64,000 nt of DNA from Trichoplax adhaerens (taxonomy: Eukaryota > Animalia > Placozoa). The notes under the pieces were generated by a model that saw only the letters and a list, made by a program, of their open reading frames with translations, was not told where the DNA came from and searched no databases. The stretch spans positions 2,056,297 through 2,120,296 of the forward strand of contig NW_002060951.1 in the NCBI RefSeq assembly GCF_000150275.1, read 5' to 3'. Shown here one piece after another: positions 38,879-53,452 of this stretch (position 1 is the stretch's first letter; every line of letters begins with the position of its first letter). The position numbers and the translations under genes are program-made.

Positions 38879-41714
38879 ATGGGTATTTTGGAAAGAATTG
38901 CCGATATTGAAGCCGAGGTAAATGATAAATAAAATCTTGGAAATAGAACGTGCTAATTCAAAAACAGCTATTAATAATTGTAATACTTTACTGTACCCTT
39001 CAAAACTTCATTTTGTCATGCTGTGTCTTGCGTTACACGATTGCCTAGTTTGCCAGCGCAAATAGAGTTCGTGCTCACTCACTACTGTGCTACTAAATTG
39101 ATCAAATGTCATGACTTGTAATAAGCCTCTTAATTAAAAAATGAGACGTAGTGTGTAATAATTAAATCCAATACGCGCAATTGAAGATTTCGTCCCTTTT
39201 GTTGTCTTGTTTGCCTGAGATTTTAATCGAGTTATTTTGTACGCTTTAGATGGCCCGAACTCAGCGCAACAAAGCGACAGCACATCATCTTGGTGTGCTA
39301 AAAGCTCGACTGGCGAAATTACGACAAGAGTTACTCACGCCTAAAGGTGGCGGCGGACCAGCAGGGGAAGGTCGAAATCAATAACCGATTTATAAATCTA
39401 GTGAATTAATTCATTATATCAGTATTTTATTTTGGTACACTCTTTCCTTAATACGTTCTAACGTGTTGCATTTTTGTTGAATGTGATTAGGGTTTGACGT
39501 AGCTAAAACTGGCGATGCTCGAATCGGCTTTGTTGGTGCGTTGAAGTTAACATTTAATGTCCAAAATTTCTATCGAAACTAAACTAATGGACATGTGCAG
39601 CTATATTATTTCTACACCTACAGTCTTGAAATAAAATAAGAAATATCGGATATTCTAGACTGCTAGCTATGGTGAGAATTGACAATGAAATTGACACTCT
39701 GATTACTTTTTCTTGGTAGGATTTCCATCAGTTGGCAAGTCCACTTTATTATCTAATTTGTCAGGCGTCTACTCTGAAGTGGCAGCTTATGAATTTACCA
39801 CATTAACTACTGTCCCTGGTAAGTAAATTAAGTATTTAAATTATTGGATTAAATGAAAATGAATGATTTTATGTTAGTAGTACCATTGATTGCTACCTTT
39901 TCTTTCTGTAGCGGTCATTCGATACAAGGGTGCTAAAGTACAGGTTAGAAACCAACATAGTTTTCCTAGTAACATTAAAGATTTGTCTTTTATAAATGTT
40001 TATATTGTAAATCGGTAGTATCTCTTTATAAAACCCTATAAACATGCTCTGTTGGAACGAGAATACACGTGTAGTTTAAGTTGAGTAGACGTAACCAGGT
40101 TTCGACTTTGTTATTTTCAAGTAATGAAGAATGCAGTGAACTGATGAAACAATTATGATGCATAGTTATTAGATTTACCTGGGATTATCGAAGGTGCTAA
40201 GGATGGAAAAGGCAGAGGAAGACAAGTTATTGCTGGTACACCTATATATTTACACTGTATTAAGATAGTAATGATATGTGTCTGATACATACTGATGATT
40301 CCTATCACACCAAAAATATTTCAATTAAAATAAAAGACTGTGATGATCTTGATCTTTACTGTAGTTGCTAGAACATGTAGTCTGATTTTGATTGTACTGG
40401 ACGTACTGAAGCCTCTCCAGCATAAAAGAATCATAGAAAAGGAGTTAGAAGGTTTTGGAATTAGGCTTAATAAGACCTTGCCCAATATCTCTTTCCGAAA
40501 GAAAGATAAGGGTGGAATTAATTTAACCTCGACTGTAAGTCTTTGTAATTAATATTTTACTCGTTCCATGTTGCATTGTGGTATACAGCATTGCACGAAA
40601 AGATACAAAGTCCCAAAATTGTGATATAGTACTGTGAAACACCCTCATATTGAAAGCGATTTCTTAACAGTTAAACGTGTTACATCTTGGACAATTAATT
40701 TGATTACAATTTCTGTTGGTTATTGGTAGTGTATTCAGTCCCATTTAGACCTGGATACAGTTAGGGCAATTTTGGCCGAATACAGAATACCTAATGCTGA
40801 TATTACATTACGCTGCGATGCTACAGCTGACGATTTAATCGATATCGTTGAAGGCAATAGGTAGGCTTACATAGGATCATTATTGCATGACTTGCTAGAG
40901 AAATTGAGCTTGTAGGCTTGATGTTAAAATATTTATATTTCTACAGATCATATATACCTTGTATTTACGTTCTTAATAAAATTGATCAAATATCCATTGA
41001 AGTAAGTCAATTCAGTGCTGAAATCTTATGTGAAAGATTCCATAGTTGTAGCGTATTGTTTGATGCTAACTATCTCCTGTATTAAATTATAGGAATTGGA
41101 CGTTCTTGCAAGTATTCCTCATTGTGTTCCGATATCAGCTCACCATAAGTGGAATTTTGACGAACTATTAGAAAAAGTTTGGGATTACCTACAACTCGTC
41201 AGGATGTACGTTCAATAATATCCATGCGATATCATGAAGTAACCTGCTTTCTCTAAATCAACTCTATTTTGCCTAAATTTTTAGCTATACCAAGCCCAAA
41301 GGTCAACTACCTGATTATTCAGCACCCGTTATCTTATCAACGAATCATCATTCTATTGAGGATTTATGTAATGCGTTACACAAAGCTATTTTGAAAGAGT
41401 TTAAACAGTGAGTGTTAACTGTTACAATTATTTACCAAAACGCCTGCAGTATATCATTATACGATTCCCCGTCTTCTCTTTTGGCACACACTGCTTTAAA
41501 AATAGAACTTTTACTACGTTCACCTTAAAGAGTTACCTAAACACTATGTGATAATAATTTAATACGTTTTACTAAAGTCTTTAGTAAACTAAAATGGTAT
41601 ATGTTAATTCTTAGTGCACTGGTCTATGGTACTTCCGTAAAGTATAATCCACAGAAAGTTGGTAAAGATCATGAGCTTAATGACGAAGATGTGGTGCAAA
41701 TCTTTAAAAAGTAA
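38879..41714 (+). CDS. DRG1: Developmentally regulated GTP-binding protein 1 (OBG family, TGS domain)
   Basis: [13 protein letters not shown]|[15 protein letters not shown].., [99 protein letters not shown]. Confidence 0.97.
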
Positions 41715-42397
41715 GAAATTAGTAGTTGTTGCTTGACAGAATAGTACATTGACGCAGTTTCGTTGTTCTTTTGTAACTAACATATCTCATTTTTTACATG
41801 TGTAGAATTTAAGAATGGATAAGAAAGATTTACATGTACAAAGATGAACATACGCAATAAAAGAAATTTAATTCTATGATTTCCTGCTTCCTATTATTTT
41901 TTTAGTGAACTATAATATTCATTGTAATTATATATTAACATTCCATAATTACCGTCAAAATAAAGTTTTACATTGCATTGCGATGAGCACTTTTTGAAAT
42001 ATGTTTCATTGCTAACAAATTGGTTAACACTATTAATTTACAACACAATAGTAATTCTTAATTAGACATAACAGTAAAATCGAACCGTTACCAACATAGA
42101 TCCCCTAATAAAAGATCACAGCACGGTATAAAAATTTGGATACAAAAAATGAAAGAAAGTCGCTTGATGTTGGATTATAAAAACATTTGGACGCGTATTA
42201 TCGCTTCAATAAATACGGATTTGTTAAACAATTTTCTGGAACGGTGCAACTGATATATATATATATATACAGTATATATACAAATTGTGCCTAGCAGTAA
42301 ATGTATTTACAACGTCTAACTGAAAGCAGAGCTCAGAAATGCATTATATAACTTTTGTACACAATCGCATTATATTTAAACAATCAATCCGCAAAAT

Positions 42398-45300
42398 CTA
42401 CTTTGAAATATTCCTAGGTGATGACTCTTGTACGATGCTGAACATGAATTGCAAGCATCCTAATCTAATATGGCTGCCATGACGTATGACAGCCGTTCCT
42501 TCCCATCCGGCTCCTGCGCTTTCATTTAAAGTACTAGTACTAGTAGACTTGTTACGGTTGCAGTCACAAGGTTTCCAAGGATCCTTTTCAGGAAAAGGTA
42601 CCATTGAAGGTTTCTTTGAAATACTATTTAGTTTTCTTTCAGCTGAAGAAACGCCACACGACTTTATGACCTCTTCTTGGCTTGAAAATGTCTTACGATT
42701 TTTCACAGAAAAGTCACACCCGTATAAAATACTATCCACGAACGTTCCATGTTCGCTATAGTTCAACAATTCATACTGTTTTGTAATCTATTAATTATAA
42801 CGGTGAAATAATAAACGAATTAATTTAACAAGAAAAGATAATGTAGAATACAAGATCGAGATTACCGATACAACAATGTCTACAATACCTTATCATAAAA
42901 TATACAAGCATGCTTCGAGGACACAAAATTACAATGTCCATACTTATATACTGCTACATCCATATCAGCTCCTAAAGAGAAAGTTATTTTAAGCTGGAAA
43001 GCTCGCTGAAATGAGTATAACGAAAAAAATGCCTTTACGTGTAACTCTATTCGCAACATTACCAACCTATTCCCATCGTAAGAGATTTATTAACCATTGG
43101 TATTGCAGCTCCGATACCGTTTAAAGGGCAGATAAGAGCTCGGCAATAAGGGCTCTCTTAAATTTTAGATAAAATATAATACGCATAGCTATTACTTTAT
43201 CATCCACTACAGTACTACGATTTCAAGTTTTAACAACCTATACCTGAAATCATATTGTTGACACTATTCGTAGCAATTTGCATCTACATAATTAAGTGTA
43301 ACAATTCAGTAAAATATTTTAAAATATAAGGTACACCGTATTGATAAAGCAAGACTGTCCCAAAATATATATATATACCTTAACATCCATAGTGTTAGGA
43401 AACAACTGATTTAGCCGTTGTAAAGCTAAAAGCTTAAGCATCGATTCATCAATTAAATCTATATAGAATTTAAAACACAGTACAACTTACTGACCAGGAA
43501 TAACTAACAAGTTTTGAGCTAACATGAATACATCATAATTAAAATTAAAAGTAAGCTTTTGTTATGAAACCCACCAGTAACTTCGGATCTAGTTTTAGTG
43601 TCGTGGCTTGTATTATTATTTCCTTCTTTAATGACGTTTTGTAATTCGATATAATTTATGAGTACTGAGTCATTCTTTGAAACAAATTTGTTAATATTAA
43701 AGTTACTTTTATTTATATTCTCCGTTGTTGTGACCAGTTCTTTCTGTACACTACTTCGTTTATTTGTGTTATCTGAAATCGTACAATTATTTGAAATGAC
43801 AGCTTCATTGTCCTCTTTTGCAGAAACTGAAATAATCTTTTTGTCATATTTCTCTTCATCCAAAATACCATTAGAAAGAACCTTATCTATATTCTGATTG
43901 TTGTTATCCAATTTGCTTGCTGTTATAGCTTCTGCTATTCCTTCATTGTTATTTGCTTTTACAGAACTGGAGTTTCGTGCATTCACCTTGCCAGAGTGAT
44001 GTTCTTTAGCAATTGCAATTTGGAAGTTGACTATATTCTTTAGCCACTGTTTAATGGTTAAGAAAGCATTGAGGAATATAATCACTTTTTTTATACCTAT
44101 AATAGTAAAATAAGTAGTCTAACGAATTATGAATCTATCTCAACCTCTTCGGACTCTTGATTAGTAGTCTGAGCTTCAGTAGATTCAATCCCATCAGCTA
44201 AAAATGCTCGTTTTACAGTAAGAGTCCGAATAGGGTTTAACTCTTTAAGTTCCTTTGGTGGTGATAAATAATTCTGTTTAACCATTTCAGGAACCTTTCA
44301 AATCGAAATTAAAATAAAATACGGAATAAATCATACATCATTAAATTAATGACAGTTTTTCTCGATTCGTAAATAATCGGAAAATAGACTTTGAACTAAA
44401 TACTTTGATAACAGAAGACTACCTTAATAGCTTTTCGGAGTGGGTATTTCGAACTTCTTTGAAATGGTGGTCGATTGCTGAATAGTATAAATTCCACTAT
44501 CAGTATTAGTTTTGCATCGGCAATCCTACACGAATACAGTACAGTAATATCTGGAAATTTTCCAAAATTAGCCAAAATTACCGGTGGACATTTTCCAAGA
44601 AGTCTAACATCACCGCATGTTGGGAAAGCGAATCATTCAGTTTATAGTATGCATCAAAACGGCGACTAATCCTTGAATCTTGCATTGCGGGCTAAATTTA
44701 GCAAGTTATAATTTAGGCTTTAGTTGGCATGTAGAACTGGTTATCTATTTTATTTTAAGCTCAAACCGAATAGCCATAACTTACTAGAAAGTGTTCTGCG
44801 TGATTAGGACACATCCATAATCCTGATGGAGTCGTAGTTAGGGGAGGATCCATACAATCCAGATGAAAAGATAACGGACAATAATCACAATGTATCAGCG
44901 GTTTTAAAAAGCTGTTACCTCTACAGCACCCATAAAATAATCCGAAAACGTTTAAATTAGTAACAATAATGCCGAGCAATTGAATACCACAATATAATAT
45001 GATCACATTTAAAAACAATAAAACGCACTCTGAGCAGTAGTAACATAATCGTAACGGTCTAACGGTAACGTTGGTAGGTGGTTGGGCAGATGAACTTTGT
45101 CTTTTAGAAAAACAATAAATTTGATTAATAGTCACATAATTTGGTCACCAGTTGAAAATTTTTAACAATTTGCTAAAATCTTGATGATATTATCAATTAA
45201 TTTTATTAATAACAAGGTTACAAGTATTTCTTAGCAATTACGACCAAATCCATCTTCACCAACCTTCGACCACCTTTAGTCGCTGAACCGTGCCCGTTAG

Positions 45301-46823
45301 ATTTCTTGCGTTTCTTAGAGCCTAATAATTATAGAATTAATTGAAACTTAAGTGCGTAACGAAGTCTCTTCTAATTATTATTATCTATTACCAACTTTCT
45401 TAGTAGCAGGTAGCCATAAATATTTATCTTACGCGTAATTTACTTTCTACCGTAGTTTGGAGCAAAATTATATTGTATACTACAGTATAGTACCAGGTAA
45501 TGGAATGTGATATTGCATCTCTTTAGGTAATCGAAATTCGGACGGGTTCTGCTTCACATTATCTTTTACTAAAACTGCAAACGGTGATCGTAATTCCGAC
45601 TGTTTTGCAATCGGCCTAGTATTGTCCTACATTTTTAGGATAGATCAGTGAAACAGTTAAAATCAATCATAATTGCTCTAATCATCTGTAGATTTTTAGT
45701 CGTAAGAGACCAAAGATTTTAAACAAGCGTTTCGATGCGCAATCGCTAAATAATGTGGAGTAACACCTGATATTCGGCTTTGCATTTTTTACAAATCCAT
45801 TCACCAGCAGGAATTCCGTCTTCATCTAGTGGTGGATCACTATAGTGTCAAAAATTACGTTAATGTGTATGAAACTAAGGACTACATAAGTTATATCCCT
45901 GTAAATGGAAAGGCATTCGTACGGGCAAAATAGCAATCCGTCAAAAAGTTATTGCATAGATACCCCAGTTTAAATATAGTACTGAGTATGGACCACCAAT
46001 ATTACAGTAAAAACTCGCATTATTGAAAGGCGAAATTAGAGATTGAAAAAGCTAATGAACTAAAGTGGCTGAGAATAATCGTTGATATATCTTACCAACA
46101 GTGAAGGTGGAATGCTGATGGACATCTTTCACAGCATAGCAAGTCACCACCTTCATTACAACTGTCGCAAGTATCATTATTAAATGATCTTCCACTTCTT
46201 CGTACTTCTCGAACAACTTTTCGATTTAATTTCTTGCTATCATCATCTGACTGTGGTGGCCTTGTCAAGGCACGAATTTGCTAGATGAAAGAAAAATGTC
46301 CATAATTAGTAGATATAAAACGATGAGCAGAATGGATAGGTATATTACGAACTTGTCCTTAAGTTGACCATAATACTATATACTGTACAGTACTATTTTT
46401 AAGTGGGGTATTATGAACAATTTGTCATTTTTTTGAGTGATGGATAAATTCTGTCGTCAAACTTGTTTATGCGATAATTATAATCGAACAAAAACTGAAG
46501 TCCCATCGACTATATGATCATATTCGTGAAAAAAAAGTGAACGACAAGTTCTACCAAACACTTTATCCTACGTATGATTTAATCAATCGTAAATCAACGG
46601 GCGATTATCATCCATTAACTACCGATGGACAATTGTGCATTCAGGAGAATTGATACTGATGAGGCTAAGAGATCGTTGATGCTCTACAACAAATGTACAA
46701 AGTATTTAAAGTACCCTACATAGAGCAAAACTATCATATCCAATTTGCAACTTATATCGATCAATCATTCACGATTGGAGTTATTCGATAACTTACATCC
46801 ATAATCTCAAAATGACTTTCCAT
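42398..46823 (-). CDS. PHF12: PHD finger protein 12 (Pf1; two PHD fingers, C-terminal FHA-like region)
   Basis: IMD|[54 protein letters not shown]; second [32 protein letters not shown]; [52 protein letters not shown]. Confidence 0.94.
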
Positions 46824-46924
46824 GATGCTTATATCTTAAGGCACGAATGGCTTCGCTTTTAACACATGAGAAGCTGAGGAACTCAATTTGATTTTAGTTG
46901 AGCAACTGAACCGCCGAAGTTATT

Positions 46925-47148
46925 TCTGTACGATACACTGAGTATACCGTACAGAACAGTACAGTGTACAGTACAGTAGCAAGTACTGTACTGATAGACC
47001 TGAGAAAGGTTCGGTTCGGGGTAGACCGTTACGATCTATATAAGAACCGTTCTCAGGTCTAACTGTACAGAACTGTATGTACAGTACAGTACGAGTGCAC
47101 TGGACGGTGTAGCGTAGACTACAGTATGTAGTACTGTACACTGTACGG
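46925..47148. repeat. (TACAG/CTGTA)n array in the PHF12/NSRP1 bidirectional promoter
   Basis: gtacagtgtacagtacagtag..gtacagtacagtacgag..gtactgtacactgtac between ATGs 396 bp apart. Confidence 0.85.
46995..47061. mobile_element. 67-bp inverted-repeat element (mini-MITE-like) embedded in the promoter array
   Basis: TAGACCTGAGAAAGGTTC ... GAACCGTTCTCAGGTCTA: 18-bp arms with one mismatch and a 31-nt spacer. No clear TSD beyond the terminal TA. Confidence 0.5.
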
Positions 47149-47219
47149 AGTGTCAGTCGTTTGTGCAGTTTCGTATTCGGACCGACCTGCACAGACTGCA
47201 CAAGTAGAGCTAGCTAAAC

Positions 47220-50200
47220 ATGGCTGCAAAGGGAAGCAAGAAGTAAGTTAACATGGATGATTTTGTGATTGATTTTAGGAGTACATCAAAATGTTATTTT
47301 AATAGCTTATATTCTATGTTTATCAATGGTAGTTATGCTCTTACTATCGCTGTAACCGCAGGTGTTTTAATTTAATTTCGGTGACTTCCGATAATTATAA
47401 TAGCAGAAATTTCGAGCTCAAAGCAAAATGAGATACGGTCATACTGTACAGTACTACAGTGTACAGCATGATTCTACCTTGGAAAACACTAACGCAAAGT
47501 TGAAAGTGCTGTAGGCCATTTTGTAAACTTTCCATGTAATTTCTCTACTTTGGTTATACGGTAACAGTTAGGTAATAGAACTCGTCATATAATTGCAAAT
47601 GCCGGCTGTTTTATATTCCAGTACATTTGCATGGTACTTGTTATGACTATAATTCTGGCAAACTGTGCTTATGCATGCTTCAATATGCGGCCTAAAATAA
47701 TGGAATTGACGGTTTGAAAGGTCTAACTGGAATTTTCGTCAGTACTGTATCAACCATTGATCAGTTTAATTATACATTTCTAAAATGTAGCCTATGCTTT
47801 CCATTCGCAAGGATTTTAGTATTGCCTATTTGGACACTAATATTCTACTCAGTGCAGCGCTGCTCTTAGCCCACTTTACAATATTTCACACTTGGAAATT
47901 TTTAGATGAATATACTGTACGCGTATTCACATAAATAGCCCAAATGATCACCTCGTAGCCAATTCCATAGTATACAATACTTTACATGTAAATGCTATGC
48001 TTGACGATAAATATTGTAATTTATTAATTTGCTCGCAGGTGCACACGATACGATGCAGTTCTAGTTACTTTAGAATTATCCACTACCAATTAAAAAGCAG
48101 ATTGAATGAATACGCGTATCTCTCACATTGAGTAACAATTGCTCGTATATCGACTTGGAAGCAAAATATATCAGTATTATATAGCCTAGTAACTTATAGC
48201 CTGTACATTAAAGTAAACAGTTATGATATTCAAAATAATTATAACTCTCTTTACTAAATTTTACTATAATAACTAACTAACGATAAAAACTAGATATGGC
48301 TTAATACTTAATAATAAAGTAAGTTCAAGTAAACGGGTAATTAAGAATACGAATGTCCTTGGTGATGAATCTGATAACGAGGATGATCAGGTATGCACAC
48401 TACGTAACACAAAGTTCAACTCATATCGTGGTATTAAGATAAATTATGAATGGAATTTTAAGTAGTTTCTTGGTTAATAGCTATATAGATAGATTTAATG
48501 ACAAACGACTAACACCAAAGATTTACAATATATTAAGTTAAATTATAACAAAATATTACCCAATTTCTTAAGTAAATCAAATCTTCCACATATGGTATGA
48601 TGCTAACTACTGTGTTACATTACGTTATTGTTTTATTTTACTATATCACAATTTGCGTAACAGCTAAATACCAACTGTTTTGATACATGATTGAGGGTCT
48701 ATTGACGTGTAGTTTACAGGCGTTTATTACTTATTATGGTCGATATCAATTCGTATGATACAGTGTTGAATTTAACGCATTTTTATCAGCGACTGTCTGA
48801 AAGTCTTTTTGTTTTGCTTCAACAAGAAACGTGTTGTAAATGCTTCCATATTACAAGAGTCATTTAAAAAGCATCAACGTAAGCAGGTAGGACCATGCCG
48901 TAATAGTCGTAAACATTATAAGAATGTAATTAATAAATAATTCGTACAGTACATAATAAAATTGATACGAATTAATCTTTTTCGTTACCCTTGATTCAAA
49001 ATCTTGGTATAAAGATGTAGCATTTATTAATTTAAAAAGTGAGGTACTTATCAAGGCCCTGTACTCCAATATGGCAATTTCTTTCGGAAATTATATAGGT
49101 CCAGTTAGAACTGGATAGAGCCAAAGCCGAAGATCCCACGGTTTTCGAGTATGATAGTATCTATGATGAATTAGAGAACAAGAAAGTCGCTCGTAATCCT
49201 GCTGTGATTACCGATAGAAAGGTGCACTACTCTTCTACTTTATAAAGTTTGCTGTAATAGAGAACCGCCAATAGTGCTTTAGTAATACTGCACTTAGCCT
49301 AGCGTTATGTTAGATAAGAGAACAATTTTCACGTCAGAATTATGGACAAACTATTAATTATATCCTTATGAACTTAATTGTCATAAATACTATTAGCCAA
49401 AATATATAGCTTCACTAATGAAATCGGCTGAATTGCGAAAGCGTGAATATGAGCGAATGACAGAAAGGAAAATCCAAAAGGAGCGAGAAGCTGAAGGCGA
49501 TAAATTTCAAGATAAGGAAGCTTTCGTTACCGCACAGTAATGCAAATATCTTATTCTTTGTATTGTGTATCAATTTGATATTGAATACTAAAATTTATCT
49601 GCTTTGCATATTATTGATAATGTAACGATTGAATTTTAAATTAGTTATAAGGAGAAGATGTTGGAATTAGCTAAAGAGGAGGAACGCATTAAGCAGCAAG
49701 ACAGAATTGATGGTAAAGGGATAACCCGTTTATAGCAATTATTTTTTACGAAATTAACATATATCACGGTCTTTCACTTTAGAATTAAACGATGTGAAAA
49801 AACAAAGCGATTTAAGTGGTTTCTATAGACATTTACTAAATAATACGTTAGCGAAGGAAGAGACGTCTGTATCTCGAAATACAATTAAGTCAAAAGCGGA
49901 AGATAAGGATGCCATCGATAATCAGCAGCATACAAATCAATCCCGTGATTCTAGCAGTAGTAAACCACGAAATACTGATGACAAACAGAGATACAGAAGC
50001 AAAGCCGGTGACAACAGCGGAGATGATGATGCTACCGAATACTCAGATCATTCTAAATATATTGACCGACAGGATAACGATCACATGCCAAACAAAGTGA
50101 ATGACATGAAGCGAAATATCGATGATATAGGCGAAGCTGAATCTAGTCGATCTAAATTTAGTAAGCAAGATAAATCATCGGAAGTAGTTCAGGAGGAAGC

Positions 50201-50372
50201 TAATAACAAGAAGAATGATACTATTGCAACGGAAGTTTCATCTGAAACCAAACAGACAGTGTTTGACCGCCGCAATGTTACGGACACAGTATCAGCTGCA
50301 CGTGAGAGATACTTAGCTAGAAAAAAAGCTAAAGACTCCGTAAAAGCGATCTTCGATGACGACACGAAATGA
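47220..50372 (+). CDS. NSRP1: Nuclear speckle splicing regulatory protein 1 (CCDC55)
   Basis: MAAKGSKK|YGLI.., AKAEDPTVFEYDSIYDE, RK|PKYIASLMKSAELRKREYERMTERKIQKEREAEGDKFQDKEAFVT, DVKKQSDLSGFYRHLLN, VSAARERYLARK. Confidence 0.94.
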
Positions 50373-51255
50373 ATTCACTTCAGATCCAGTTGCTAGGTTT
50401 TAGTTAACTTTGGATAATACGTACACTTTTATGCGACTATGTCTCGTTATAGTCGTTGCAATCGATATCATGTGTGTGCGGTTTAATGAACTATATCCAG
50501 CGATACCACAGTAATCTTTTCAGACTATTTGCTTTTACAATAAACATCAATGTCGCAAAGGTAGTTGCTAAATATAGATAATTAATTAATTAATTTATTA
50601 TATTGTATTCATATTATCTACATTTAGTATATTATAGTTTAGAATTTTTAGTAACACATTTCCTGTTTGTAATGTACTATGTAAAGCCAGATATATCTCA
50701 TATACTGTAATCTATTGGTTAAAAATAGTGCAATTTGTATAATTTTTAACAAGCTGTACATTTTAAAATAAACTTCACCATTGGTGACTTACGGTATTAC
50801 CTATAATTTCTGTTAGTTCACTGATATCAATGAATACATTTGACATTAAGCGCGTATGCCGCATACATTATAGATCACGGGATCATGATCATACGAATAA
50901 CAAATCTATCTCATCATTGTACTGATAGTTTCCTATACGTCTTATGAATACAGTACTTTTTTCAGCTATATATATTAATTATTGATACTTGATTTACGCA
51001 ATCTTAAGCCAAAGGGAAAAGGATATTATAAACGGATCGAGAATTTTAAAATATGAATACATGCTGCTTTATGCAGTACGAAGCTACTACTAATGCACAT
51101 GGCATAACATCGAAATAATATCGGCATTTATACCGTATTAATTAATTATATGATTATCAGTTTACTGGAGTGCAGGACAGTGCTACAGCAGCAGCTACGA
51201 GTCTTTGGATGATATTGGTCTTGCAGAAAAGTGGCCAAAAGTAAGGGATGAGAAT

Positions 51256-52716
51256 TTAGAACATACCAATGTTAGTTGCTATCTCTCTCGTAGTCGTATT
51301 TCGGAATCGTTTCTGGTGAAAAAGAAATGTTATTATCTCATAAGTACTTAATTTTAAACAGTACACTGGTGACAAGGCAAGATAATTAGCAGTTAGGCTC
51401 GGCTGACTGTGCAAAACAAATTATTTGACAATAACGTAGACATATAAAATTATCACGTAGCTCTAAATTCTACAGTAATACTGTACTGTTAGCAACTATG
51501 GCATATAAGTTACTGACCACATCGGGTTGCATTTTATCTTCTTCAACGTATTTTCGCTTCGCCACAGGGCACTGACCCGTAGACGGGCTATATACATAGA
51601 AAAAAATAACAGACTATTCAAAACTCATTCACGTTATCAATACTTAGGCCTACGCTATTTAAAGCTTCGATTTAATGAGTACTTTTCCAGTAACCGTTGA
51701 CTTAATATTTGCTAAGATCGATGTTAGCACAGTAGTAGACCTAGAATTTCTCAATACTGCAATTTCATATGCTACAGTATATACTCTCGTATTACATGAC
51801 GCATGCAAATGAACTTGTAATTTGAAAGCCTGGCCTCAACTACAGACTTTATTACATTTACTCTTTGGGATCAACCTAGATCCAGTCATCCAGTATTGAA
51901 CAAGCATCAAACGCAAGCGTGCATCAAACAGAAAATTAAAAACTGGGTTCAGTACGAGGTAAACATTGATTCGATTTGCCTCGATCAATGCATGAAGAAT
52001 CAAGACAAACTAGGGATCAGTATGTACTTTACCGAACTGAAAGGTATTGAATTGAATTAAATTTATTAATTAACTTTAACAGGAAACTTGTAAACAGTAA
52101 ATTTGGCGAATACTCGTATTGTATGACAGTATATAACTATATATATAATATACCATACACGCAGTCACAGCAATAGCAGGAGCCTCTCAGGACTGCAACG
52201 CGATTTACAATTTACCACTAATAATAATAATATATAATTAACCAAACATTATATCATTAGTAGTAATTAAATAAATAAATTAATGAAAGAGCGCGTTAAT
52301 CTAGTGCACAGTACTGCTGCTGCACTACAGTACAGTATATATACAGTCTTAATAAATGTGCATTTTACACTTTTACAGTACAGTACAGTATGTTCCTGTA
52401 ACTGTTTCATGATTTGCACTCTTCAATTTATTTTCTTTTCTTATTTATTTAACTTAATCAGTAAAGTCAAGTGCTAAGCTTCCAGTTAACTTAAAGAGGT
52501 TGTATTCAGGCAAGTTGCTGTTACCTGCTGTTACTGTATCGTTAAGAAATGCAGCCTTAATTAAATCAACTGATCCCTGTCATGTTAGTAATTAGCGATG
52601 ATTTATTATTATCATTTTACCTCGTCTGAGCTGATGCCACTGTCAATAATAGCTGATTTTGGATAAAATTACATCGTTTGTACAGCTCGCTATAATGACT
52701 AGCACGAGATTCCATT
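51256..52716 (-). CDS. Possible small orphan spliced gene (or lncRNA) divergent from SRRT
   Basis: Candidate exons with splice sites: MESRASHYSELYKRCNFIQNQLLLTVASAQTR|gtaaaa (52716-52621); STTVLTSILANIKST (51740-51695); PSTGQCPVAKRKYVEEDKMQPDV|gtcagt (~51588-51518); accag|KRFRNTTTREIATNIGMF*. One junction phase is unresolved and no homology was recognised. Confidence 0.3.
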
Positions 52717-52774
52717 TTGATCTCGAAAAACTTAACGGTTACCGTAATTTCACCGTTGTTGAGGGATTTTAAAC

Positions 52775-53040
52775 CTTGTACACTAAATGTACAGTACAGT
52801 CCTGTACGCAAAGTACTGTACTGTACTACAGTATACTGTACAGTACTGTTGTAGGTATTTTTACAGTACCGTACAGTACTGTATAAACTTGCAAGTCCGT
52901 CATACTGTACTCTACTACGCTTATATTAAACTCTTCTACGTTACATGCGCCGACTGTCTGTCCGTCACTGCCGTCATTTTCCAAAATAGCGCTTTTTCAG
53001 CAAATGGCCTTGACGTATTTTACTGTACTGTACAGTATAG
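52775..53040. repeat. (TACAG/CTGTA)n array upstream of SRRT
   Basis: Dense tract at 52775-52915 and a short one at 53020-53040; smaller tract at 52310-52390. Confidence 0.85.
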
Positions 53041-53452
53041 CGTCAACGCAGCCATGGGCTACTAAATATGCCCTTACAGATGCAGGGCCACACTGTTACA
53101 CCTCTGTGACATCGCACTCCAATGTCATCACTACTGTAATGTACTGTACTAACAACAAGCAAAAACTAACAGCCTTCAGTATAGTATATATTGTAGCGCA
53201 AGTCGGTTGACTAGCACGGTTCTTTGTTAGGTGCGTTCGCGATAACTAGTGTACGAGTAAAAGGCAGACATGTAGATAGATTTTACTTTATGCAAGGAGA
53301 AGATTTCATTGAATTTAGCTGAATATTACTGCTAGCTTTGTATAGCTGTAATTTTATTAACAAATATTACTTTCTACATACTCTTATTATGCCTACAATC
53401 ACAGTTTCTGCATGTGGCAGAAGTGAAGAAGCTTAACTAAAATCCAACCAAC

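Noticed and set aside
41206-41284. DRG1 intron (GTACGTT donor) as a sixth U12 intron
   Set aside because: It lacks the ATCC donor core and a CCTTAA branch; treated as U2-type.
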